From assembly GCA_944390225.1 (NCBI GenBank), contig CALXPB010000004.1:2366-66365 (forward strand): DNA of 64,000 nucleotides, read 5' to 3'. Source of the DNA: an uncultured Alphaproteobacteria bacterium (GTDB lineage: Bacteria; Pseudomonadota; Alphaproteobacteria; Rs-D84). Positions 24,463 to 32,217 of the stretch are shown here, one piece after another. How positions within the stretch are numbered: position 1 is the first letter of the stretch; every line of letters starts with the position of its first letter. The position numbers and the translations under genes were made by a program. The notes beneath the pieces are model-generated. The model ran no database searches, was not told the origin of the DNA, and worked only from the letters and a program-made list of their open reading frames with translations.

Positions 24463-24484
24463 CCCGCAGAAAAGCGGGATTTTT
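24463..24484. terminator. intrinsic terminator closing the phage-like cluster
   Basis: aaaaaCCCGCagaaaaGCGGGattttt. It sits between convergent genes. Confidence 0.6.
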
Positions 24485-24632
24485 AACAACCACCGGTTGC
24501 ATTACCGATAAGTTTTGAAATAGAAATGTCTTTATGTAGCAAGAAATCATATTCGCAATTACCTTGCTTATAAGAACCTGTGCAAGCGGCTAATGTTAAA
24601 ACCGCGAATAGTGCTAATATAACTTTTTTCAT
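24483..24632 (-). CDS. small lipoprotein (49 aa)
   Basis: Own translation: MKKVILALFAVLTLAACTGSYKQGNCEYDFLLHKDISISKLIGNATGGC. Lipobox LAAC, four Cys in total, and SD aaaggag. Too short for the supplied track. Confidence 0.45.
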   Translation of the reverse strand: MKKVILALFAVLTLAACTGSYKQGNCEYDFLLHKDISISKLIGNATGGC

Positions 24633-24696
24633 AATTTACTCCTTTTCTATTAAAAGCACGATTAGATTATAAAAGAAACGAGCATCTTTTTCAAGG

Positions 24697-25038
24697 TTAT
24701 ATCGCACCTTTAATCCATTTGATTTTAAAGCGAGTAATTATGATTACATCAAATCTAGCGTTTCCACGCCAATTACGTTGTTCAATAAAGGTTTCCGCTG
24801 CGGTTCGCAATCTTTTTATTTGTGTGCGAGGGATTGCATTAAACGCATCGGTTATTGTCGGTCTTTTTTTGACTTCTACGAATAAGATGAGATTTTCTTT
24901 TTTTGCTATGATATCGATTTCTGCTCGACCGGTAAAACGTCCGGTTTTAAAGCGTTTTTTTAATATTCTGAATCCGTGCAATCTTAAATAATTGCGAGCC
25001 AAAAATTCAGAAAATAGTCCCGAAACATAAGAATTCAT
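24697..25038 (-). CDS. yraN: YraN-family (UPF0102) endonuclease-like protein
   Basis: G.FSEFLARNYLRLHGFRILKKRFKT..GEIDIIAKKENLILFVEVKKR matches the YraN signature. Start is set at ATG 25038 (track start 25056). Confidence 0.78.
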   Translation of the reverse strand: MNSYVSGLFSEFLARNYLRLHGFRILKKRFKTGRFTGRAEIDIIAKKENLILFVEVKKRPTITDAFNAIPRTQIKRLRTAAETFIEQRNWRGNARFDVIIITRFKIKWIKGAI

Positions 25039-25067
25039 AATTATAAAAATAACCAAAAAGGGAAAGA

Positions 25068-25523
25068 ATGTCTAGACAAATACAAATACGTCGTGGTAGT
25101 GCGACGGAACACGAAGATTTTACAGGTGCCATTGGCGAGATAACAATGGACACGACGAATAAAACATTGCGCGTACATGACGGTGAAACTGTTGGTGGAA
25201 CGCCACTAGCAAAACAGAGCGAGCTGGATGATATAAAAAATTATTTATTAAAAATAGATTTAGATTGGGATAATAAAGTTGATTGTACTAGTACAGTCAA
25301 TATAACTATTAATAAAAATGGTTTTATGTTATGCCGTGGTTCTACATATTCTTTAGATTGGGTGGAAGCAGATTTTAAAACAGAATTATTACGTGAATAT
25401 ATATTATCTAATAACTATACAACAGTTTGGGCGCCGGTTTATGAGGGGCAACATCTTAAACAACGTCAAAAATCTGAGTATAGTACCTCTTTTTTTATAC
25501 CGTACAAAAGTGTTTTAGAATAA
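25068..25523 (+). CDS. phage tail-fibre-like protein with Mtd_N/HylP-type N-terminal domain (paralog 1)
   Basis: IQIRRGSATEHEDFTGAIGEITMDTTNKTLRVHDGETVGGTPLA is the IQ.RRG....w......GE...dTd....kiGDG motif of fibre and tropism-determinant N-domains. It is about 60 percent identical over ~48 aa to the 48904-49473 protein. The C-terminal ~100 aa is unrelated. Confidence 0.6.
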   Translation: MSRQIQIRRGSATEHEDFTGAIGEITMDTTNKTLRVHDGETVGGTPLAKQSELDDIKNYLLKIDLDWDNKVDCTSTVNITINKNGFMLCRGSTYSLDWVEADFKTELLREYILSNNYTTVWAPVYEGQHLKQRQKSEYSTSFFIPYKSVLE

Positions 25524-26420
25524 ATACATATAAATATTAAAAATCATATAATTAGGACAGAATAAAAAAAACCTAAATCGTTTAGTTAATTTTTTTCTAT
25601 CCTGTTTTTTTAGATTTTTTCTTATGTTTTTTTTATAAAAGTCGCGAATCATTTTAAACAATTGCTTATGTTGTTTCCTATTAAAAGGCATGTCTATATA
25701 TCGTAATTCGAAAGGTTCGTGTTCTAGAAATTTTGCTAAATGTAAAGAATGAGATTTCCATAAATTATGTTTATTATAAAAAGATACTAAAATGTTAAAC
25801 CATTGTGGAATTTGGCTTAGGGTTTTATCACATGATTTTTTTATTTGTAAGTGATTTTGTGAATCGTGTTTACGATAATTATATTTTACATTTGGTTCAA
25901 ATGATATTTTTTTTGTAAGAGCCAATAATTGATGTGAAAATAAGCCATCTTCACATGGTTGTAAACCAATAGGAAAAATAATTTCTGGAAATCGCTTTAA
26001 AAACTCATTGCGTACAATGAACGCCATAACTGGTAAAGCAGTGGGCAGAGGCATACGATTTTTAAAAGAATTACCTAAAACTACAATATCAGATTTTTCT
26101 GTTAAAGCTTTATTATAGGCATGTTCTAAAAATTTCGAACTGATTGTATCATCTGAATCCATAAAAAATAAAAATTCTCCAGAAGCAAGGCTAAGCCCCT
26201 TATTCCGTGCGCTTGATACTCCGCCGTTTTTTTGATAAACATACTTGATACGAGAGTCCCGTTTAACATAGTCTAAACATATTTTGTCGCAGTTATCGGG
26301 GCTTCCATCATTTATCAAGATTAATTCCCAATCCGTTAGAGTTTGAGAAATTATACTATCTATACATTCTGACAGGTATTTTTCTACATTATAAACTGGT
26401 ACAATAATAGAAATTTTCAT
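25515..26420 (-). CDS. family 2 glycosyltransferase
   Basis: MKISIIVPVYNVEKYLSECIDSIISQTLTDWELILINDGSPDN, and DSDD (DxD). Confidence 0.85.
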   Translation of the reverse strand: MKISIIVPVYNVEKYLSECIDSIISQTLTDWELILINDGSPDNCDKICLDYVKRDSRIKYVYQKNGGVSSARNKGLSLASGEFLFFMDSDDTISSKFLEHAYNKALTEKSDIVVLGNSFKNRMPLPTALPVMAFIVRNEFLKRFPEIIFPIGLQPCEDGLFSHQLLALTKKISFEPNVKYNYRKHDSQNHLQIKKSCDKTLSQIPQWFNILVSFYNKHNLWKSHSLHLAKFLEHEPFELRYIDMPFNRKQHKQLFKMIRDFYKKNIRKNLKKQDRKKLTKRFRFFLFCPNYMIFNIYMYLF

Positions 26421-27367
26421 TGTTGATTCCTTTGTATTTTTTTTGGGAAAGCACGGATTAAATTATCACAAATATCGTTAATTTCTTTTGAAGATATTTT
26501 ATATTCTTTTTTTAGTCTTTCGACATCAGAATCAGATATTTCGGTTTTTCGTAAATCAATTGGTTCCTGATAAGGACAAGAGAAAACGGAATAATAATCT
26601 TTAAATTTATATTCTTTTCCAACGACTCTGTCTGAAAGTAAAATATGCTTGTTTGGAATTCCTAAAGAATCCGCGCAAATTAATCCGTGCATAGCAGAAG
26701 ATAATATAAATTTGCATTGACTTACTTGTTGAACGAAAGCAGAAGAGAGCTGTTGGATATCAATAAAGCAGAAAGATAGTTTTTTTAATTTTATGTTTTT
26801 TAGCCATATACTATTTTTATCTACATAATGACATATTATACCTACATCATATAATTTTTCTTTTTTTCTATTTGTAAAAATACGGTTAATTAACAGTCCT
26901 GGGTCGCCTAAAACAACATTTGATAAATCTGAATTTAAAATTTTTTTACAACGTTCTAAAGTTAATTTTCCTCGTAGAGCATGTAGTTTTACTGGTCTGC
27001 AAAATTTTTCTTTTTCTGATACGGGGGGCATAATAAATCCACTACCCCAAACATGTAATAAATTATTTGTATTATTTATCGGTTTACTGAGAAACATATC
27101 TAAAATAGAACCGATGCCTATGAAGGATGCGTTTTGATTTGCAGGTTGTAAGCAAAATCTAACGTTAAAATATTTCATTACATCGATATTTAGCATATCG
27201 CCAAAATTATTATCTAAATACCAAAAGTAGATACGATATTTATAAAAATATTTAGTGATATTAAAAAAATGCATGTTTTCTAGTTTCGTTCTGAAAGAAC
27301 GTCGCACCTTAGCAAATGGGATAAACATGCAAATAATACGGATAAATAAATTTTTTACTTTAAGCAT
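26417..27367 (-). CDS. polysaccharide pyruvyl transferase family protein
   Basis: NFGDMLN, VWGSGF, LRGKLT, and SSAMHGLICADSLGIPN follow the PS_pyruv_trans pattern. Confidence 0.62.
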   Translation of the reverse strand: MLKVKNLFIRIICMFIPFAKVRRSFRTKLENMHFFNITKYFYKYRIYFWYLDNNFGDMLNIDVMKYFNVRFCLQPANQNASFIGIGSILDMFLSKPINNTNNLLHVWGSGFIMPPVSEKEKFCRPVKLHALRGKLTLERCKKILNSDLSNVVLGDPGLLINRIFTNRKKEKLYDVGIICHYVDKNSIWLKNIKLKKLSFCFIDIQQLSSAFVQQVSQCKFILSSAMHGLICADSLGIPNKHILLSDRVVGKEYKFKDYYSVFSCPYQEPIDLRKTEISDSDVERLKKEYKISSKEINDICDNLIRAFPKKIQRNQQ

Positions 27368-28517
27368 TTAATAAATCTTTTAAATTTTTTTCAGATTCTT
27401 CCCGTATAGATTTAGAAGTTTTTAATAATTCTTGGCAATATATTGAATACGTTTCTTTTGACATATTTATTGCTTTTTCCATAGCAGATGCCAGGTCATG
27501 ATCATACACAATGGCGTTTTTATCATTAAATCTGTAAAATCCCGCAAATTTTTGATCTATTACAGGGATTTTAGTAAAACCGTAAATTAATTGTGCAGAA
27601 CCTGTTACGCCTGTCGTGATATAGCGTTCGTGTTCTTTTACATCTGGGTCAAGTAATGGCAGGAAAAAGTCGGCTGATTCAAGATTTTTATACATTTTCG
27701 GAAAATTTAATCTGCCTGTAATTTTTATGTAAGGACGCAGTCTTTTAGGGATAGTTTTTATTTTCCCCATACCTATTATAATTACATGAAAATTTTGTCT
27801 CTTATCAATTAAAGTATTTAGTGATTCAATAAGTTTATTGAAATTTTTTCTTTTGGCTTCGATTTTCCCTACTGTGACAAATGTAGTAATTTCATTTTTA
27901 CTTAAATTTTTAACTTCTCCGAAATTATGTGGATTTATGAATATGCCCTTATCAAATTTACCTAACGTAATAATACGATTTTCTTTCAACTCATTTTCTT
28001 CTGAAAATATTGCTATATCTTTTAAGTCGTGTTCTATTATATAAGGTTTTAAATTCGCCCTTTTAAAATATGGTAATAAAGTACAATAATCTTGGTGTTT
28101 GTTAGGTTTAGTTTTATAATAAGCACTGGACATTAAAAAAATGTGCTTATATTTTTTCATGTTTTGGCTGTTTATAATCGCACGTATTGTGGTTGAATGT
28201 GCTTTAAAAATTCTTATCCCGTGCATATCTTGACGGCAAAAGGGTTTTTCGTCGCTTACAGCAGAGTTAATAATTATATCGATATTATAACCCAACTTCT
28301 TAAAATACTGGACAAATCCAGCGATAACTTCACCATGACAGTTGTTAAATTCAACTAAACATATGCTTTCTTGCTTAGTTTTAGAATGAAGAAAAATGAA
28401 GAGTTGCCAATATGCAGATATATCATATTTCATAATAGCGCGTTTTACTTTACGGCGTACATTAGGAAAAGGAATTAACAAACCTATAATATTAGAAATT
28501 CTTTTTTGAATATGCAT
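27360..28517 (-). CDS. putative GT-B (GT1/GT4-like) glycosyltransferase
   Basis: The C-terminal half resembles a GT4 Rossmann domain (FVTVGKIEAKRKNFNKLIESL..HVIIIGMG...ITGRLNF..ADFFLPLLDP...GVTGSAQLIYGFTKIPVI). Weak call. Confidence 0.45.
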   Translation of the reverse strand: MHIQKRISNIIGLLIPFPNVRRKVKRAIMKYDISAYWQLFIFLHSKTKQESICLVEFNNCHGEVIAGFVQYFKKLGYNIDIIINSAVSDEKPFCRQDMHGIRIFKAHSTTIRAIINSQNMKKYKHIFLMSSAYYKTKPNKHQDYCTLLPYFKRANLKPYIIEHDLKDIAIFSEENELKENRIITLGKFDKGIFINPHNFGEVKNLSKNEITTFVTVGKIEAKRKNFNKLIESLNTLIDKRQNFHVIIIGMGKIKTIPKRLRPYIKITGRLNFPKMYKNLESADFFLPLLDPDVKEHERYITTGVTGSAQLIYGFTKIPVIDQKFAGFYRFNDKNAIVYDHDLASAMEKAINMSKETYSIYCQELLKTSKSIREESEKNLKDLLNA

Positions 28518-28518
28518 T

Positions 28519-29538
28519 TTAATCTCTTTTATAAGATAATATTTTTATTCCGCAAAAGTATATACGTCTATAACCGTCAGAAAAACGTTTTTTACTTAAT
28601 AAAAATAGGTATCTTTTGGGTTGTATGAATTTTTCATATGATTTTTGTAAAATCGCTTTGGTTTTTCTTCTTCCAAAAGTGTTAATTAAAATACGTTTTG
28701 ATATATTTGCTTTTACCAACCAATTAAACAAAAGGTGTTTATCGTTGTCGTTATTAAAACTTTTGTTAAATGTGTAGCAAAAATTATCAAGCACATGTTT
28801 TTTTATGAATAAACCCCTGTTTTTTTCGGATGAAAAGGTAGTTTCACATAGAACTTTAAGTTTATAATCAAGCATTTTTATTCGGGATAGTACTTTATTA
28901 TGTGTAAGCGTTTTAGAATCCAATGAACCGGGTCTATTAACATAATGATAGAAAACTTCATTGTTAATAAATAATGACGGTTTCAAAACAGCCAGTTTTG
29001 ATAAAAAGGCGGAATCTTGACCCGTCATGATATTTTCTGGATAAACAAGTTTAGTTCTGTTTAAAAATGTTTTTTTATATATTGCTGAGCAATGTTCCGC
29101 ACAAAAATTTAAAGGATTTTTCAGTATTTTTTTATTTAAATCGCTTTCTATTTGTTTTTCGTTTAAATAATTTTTTGTTATAAGTCCGCCCTTTACAACA
29201 TCATAATTATTTGTTTTTGCTGTATTGTATAGTTTCTCATAAAAATTTAAGTCAACATAATCATCTGGGTCAACGAAGCCTATATATTCACCTTGTGCTT
29301 GTTTTATACCTTCGTTACGAGCTCTTGCAACACCCTGATTTTCTTTTTGTTCTATCAGTTTTATTCTTTTGTCTTTTTTCGCGTATTTTCGCAGAACTTT
29401 TAAGGTATTATCCGTTGATTTATCGTCTATGCATAGTATTTCAATGTCTTTTAATGTCTGGTTTATTAAAGTGTCTAAACATTTAGATACGTATTTTTCA
29501 ACGTTATAGCAGGGAACAATAATGGATACTTTCGGCAT
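28519..29538 (-). CDS. family 2 glycosyltransferase
   Basis: MPKVSIIVPCYNVEKYVSKCLDTLINQTLKDIEILCIDDKSTDNT, and DPDD (DxD). Confidence 0.85.
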   Translation of the reverse strand: MPKVSIIVPCYNVEKYVSKCLDTLINQTLKDIEILCIDDKSTDNTLKVLRKYAKKDKRIKLIEQKENQGVARARNEGIKQAQGEYIGFVDPDDYVDLNFYEKLYNTAKTNNYDVVKGGLITKNYLNEKQIESDLNKKILKNPLNFCAEHCSAIYKKTFLNRTKLVYPENIMTGQDSAFLSKLAVLKPSLFINNEVFYHYVNRPGSLDSKTLTHNKVLSRIKMLDYKLKVLCETTFSSEKNRGLFIKKHVLDNFCYTFNKSFNNDNDKHLLFNWLVKANISKRILINTFGRRKTKAILQKSYEKFIQPKRYLFLLSKKRFSDGYRRIYFCGIKILSYKRD

Positions 29539-29561
29539 AATTTTGACCTTATACTTTTGGT

Positions 29562-29633
29562 GGGTGGACGTTCAAACAATCAGAAAAAATTCCAATCCCG
29601 CCCGCTTTCTTTATATGACGTGCGCGTCCACCC
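29562..29633 (-). promoter_or_regulatory. long-range stem in the 5' leader of the glycosyltransferase operon
   Basis: GGGTGGACG (29562-29570) pairs perfectly with CGTCCACCC (29625-29633), enclosing ~54 nt. It lies 24 nt upstream of the GT2 start codon. Function unknown. Confidence 0.25.
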
Positions 29634-29821
29634 GTCTAGGATTTTATTCGTATTCATAGGATAAAGAAAAACCGCCTAGGTTTATTTGGGCGGCGGGATT
29701 GCTGAACCTTTTTATTGATTCTTATATTCCCGTATTTCTATACCTATTGAAATCTTTCATAATTCTAGAAATATTAAATCATATTGTAAAGAAAAAAAAC
29801 ATATCACCAAGGACAATGCTT

Positions 29822-30613
29822 TTAAAAAGCATAAGGCTTTGCACGGAAATTTTCACGGGCTTGCTGTATATTCTTGGCGACGTCTGTCGTCCACCTGCCC
29901 ATATCAACTAGATCTAACGAACCGTAGTATGCTGTCATCATCGGATCATACGAGTTATTCGTTGTTACCCATTTATCTGTACCAGAATTTGGAGCACCGT
30001 ATTTATCAAGAACATTTTGCCAAAACGCTAAAATTTTCTTTTCTCGTTGGTTTTCGAATTTTTCATGACTGCCCTCGATTTCGTTTACATCGTTGTTGTA
30101 TACAATACGCCAAACCAGATTATCTGTTGCGTTGCTGGTAAAGTATACCACAAGAGTCTCGCCTGTGTTTTCTCTAACCAAGTGCAGTTCTGATGCGTAC
30201 AATAAACCGCGGTTCTTTGCCAAAGTATTTATACATTGTTCTAATTCTTGCGAAGCGATGATACCTTGCTGGCGACATTCATAATCTAAATTATATTTCC
30301 AATCCTTGTGTATTGTATATATTATGCTATCGTTTTTTCGTGGCGAATACAGTCCTTTTGTTTTAAAAAACAAAGTTTCAACATCTTCAAAGGGCATACC
30401 AAGCATAACACCGGCGATATCAAAACCGTTCACGTTTAAAGGTTCTGCGTCAATATTTATCGTAACTGAATCCGTCGTTAAATCTGCATCTTGGCTATCG
30501 GTAATGGCGAAATTGCTGAAATCGAATTCGTCATAAGTTGCAGCATGACAGTTTAGTGCAAGTAAAGCAAGAGCTAAGAAAGGGATAAGAAAAGATTTAA
30601 ATTTTACTTTCAT
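29822..30613 (-). CDS. secreted hypothetical protein (263 aa)
   Basis: Sec signal peptide ...LALNCHA-AT. Last gene of a tightly packed four-gene operon. No family recognised. Confidence 0.55.
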   Translation of the reverse strand: MKVKFKSFLIPFLALALLALNCHAATYDEFDFSNFAITDSQDADLTTDSVTINIDAEPLNVNGFDIAGVMLGMPFEDVETLFFKTKGLYSPRKNDSIIYTIHKDWKYNLDYECRQQGIIASQELEQCINTLAKNRGLLYASELHLVRENTGETLVVYFTSNATDNLVWRIVYNNDVNEIEGSHEKFENQREKKILAFWQNVLDKYGAPNSGTDKWVTTNNSYDPMMTAYYGSLDLVDMGRWTTDVAKNIQQARENFRAKPYAF

Positions 30614-30621
30614 TTTGCTTT

Positions 30622-31263
30622 TTAACCTTGAATTACTTCTTGAACTTGGAACTGAAACACTCTTGCGGGGTCGCCGCCATTTTCTAGGAAATCATGTATC
30701 GTTTCAAGAGAAACATCTGTTCGCATACCTGGTTGATAAAGTATTTTCATATACAATGTTCCTCTATTTGTTTCTGGTATTATAGAAAAATCATTCGGCT
30801 TTGGCCAAGTCTTTAATTCATAATTTAAAATCCAATAATCACTATCTTTTGGTTTATATAATTCATCTATAACGCGTACGGTACGCAATGATTTGTTTTC
30901 TGCTAAATTTTTTATTGTTTGCCCTTCGGTCGTTAACCATTCATCAAAAACTTTTGCAGAAGACGATCTTGCAAGTGTACTATCATTACGTGTTCTTTGT
31001 GCTATATTTTCTGAATCAGGAGCCGCGTAAAAATATTCGTTTACATATTTACGTACCAACATATCCATAAACTTGCTATCTCCAATTTCTTCGGCGGTTA
31101 AAGGTTTCCCAACACGTCGTTCTGATAGGTTATTAGGTTGAAAGAAATACGGCTGAATTGTTAAGTTTGTTCCTGCATCATATATTGCACCACTGACATA
31201 TAGCGCTATGAAAGATAACGCTAATAACACCAAGCCGGTAAAGAACATTATTAATTTTCTCAT
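30622..31263 (-). CDS. bitopic membrane protein, possibly VirB8/NTF2-like periplasmic domain
   Basis: 213 aa. One N-terminal TM, then FMDMLVRKYVNEYFYA...VRVIDELYKP..YWILNYELKTW...GTLYMKILYQ....FQFQVQEV, reminiscent of the VirB8/DotI layout. ATGA overlap with the upstream gene. Confidence 0.4.
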   Translation of the reverse strand: MRKLIMFFTGLVLLALSFIALYVSGAIYDAGTNLTIQPYFFQPNNLSERRVGKPLTAEEIGDSKFMDMLVRKYVNEYFYAAPDSENIAQRTRNDSTLARSSSAKVFDEWLTTEGQTIKNLAENKSLRTVRVIDELYKPKDSDYWILNYELKTWPKPNDFSIIPETNRGTLYMKILYQPGMRTDVSLETIHDFLENGGDPARVFQFQVQEVIQG

Positions 31264-31964
31264 CAGTTTATCTTGTATGCGTTAAAGTCGGCTACATAGT
31301 ACCCCAGATTCTGTGGATAATATGTTGGATTTCTTGCTATTTTTACGAATGCGACGATATTTATATCTTCTGACATATTTGATTTTATGTTCGCATGCAA
31401 TAGCCACGTCCCACCAGCAGAAGAGAAATTTCCTGCCGGCTCTATTTGCATATTGGCTTTATCAAAGGTCCAACGTTCTCCGTTTGCGAAACGATCTTGA
31501 TAATCTGGTACTATTTCATATATAAATTTAGAAAATAGTTCTTCACCTGTAATGCAGAAAATTGCACATTCATTATTTCCGTATGCCGGAGTATTTTCTC
31601 CGATACATCCTGTGTATCTATCGCATGTCTTCCAAAGGGCTTCATTACTTTCTGGATCTTCAGAAATTATGAACCAATTCGCAGCGAAATTACCTACGAC
31701 TGATTCTTGCATAGTTCTTAATGTTGAAAATTCTAACAATCCGCTTCCGTGGAAATGCCCTACGTCAACCCATTGACCCGTCACATCGTTAGTTGATATT
31801 AAGAATGGGTCAATTTTTTTTGAACGCGATACCCAAAATAAAATACCGCACATGAATATTATCAGCAAGAATAATACGAATATCCCAATAGACATAAAGC
31901 GGGAAACTGCAATTCGTTTTCCGGCAGGAAAAGAAGGTACATCAAAATTACTTGGATATTCCAA
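31263..31964 (-). CDS. bitopic membrane protein, possibly VirB8/NTF2-like periplasmic domain
   Basis: 233 aa. TTG start with strong SD ggaggg. Short cytoplasmic N-terminus, one TM, then PFLISTNDVTGQWVDVG...MQESVVGNFAANWF...NIVAFVKIARNP...QNLGYYVADFNAY. Confidence 0.4.
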   Translation of the reverse strand: MEYPSNFDVPSFPAGKRIAVSRFMSIGIFVLFLLIIFMCGILFWVSRSKKIDPFLISTNDVTGQWVDVGHFHGSGLLEFSTLRTMQESVVGNFAANWFIISEDPESNEALWKTCDRYTGCIGENTPAYGNNECAIFCITGEELFSKFIYEIVPDYQDRFANGERWTFDKANMQIEPAGNFSSAGGTWLLHANIKSNMSEDINIVAFVKIARNPTYYPQNLGYYVADFNAYKIN

Positions 31965-31994
31965 TGATTATTCCCTCCGTTATCAGAACAGGGT

Positions 31995-32141
31995 TTATGC
32001 CTGATATACCATTATGCATGCGCAGGGGCTTAATTTAAGTTCGTTTGTGTCGTATCCCACGCCGACCGGTTCGCGATCATATATTTGTCCGCAACCTGCC
32101 AATACCAAAGCCATAAAAAGTCCGATAATAAATTTCTTCAT
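31995..32141 (-). CDS. small lipoprotein (48 aa)
   Basis: Own translation: MKKFIIGLFMALVLAGCGQIYDREPVGVGYDTNELKLSPCACIMVYQA. Lipobox LAGC. It lies 76 nt downstream of the bamA stop with no terminator between. Too short for the supplied track. Confidence 0.45.
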   Translation of the reverse strand: MKKFIIGLFMALVLAGCGQIYDREPVGVGYDTNELKLSPCACIMVYQA

Positions 32142-32217
32142 ATCTTTCCCCCTTAGATTAATTAAAGTATAAGAAATTTTAACTTATTACGTCAAGCCTA
32201 AAAGAACGCAAAATCTT

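Noticed and set aside
25068-25523. Diversity-generating retroelement, because the N-domain resembles that of the BPP-1 tropism determinant Mtd.
   Set aside because: No reverse transcriptase, no template/variable repeat pair, and no C-type-lectin-like C-terminus are visible near either paralog.
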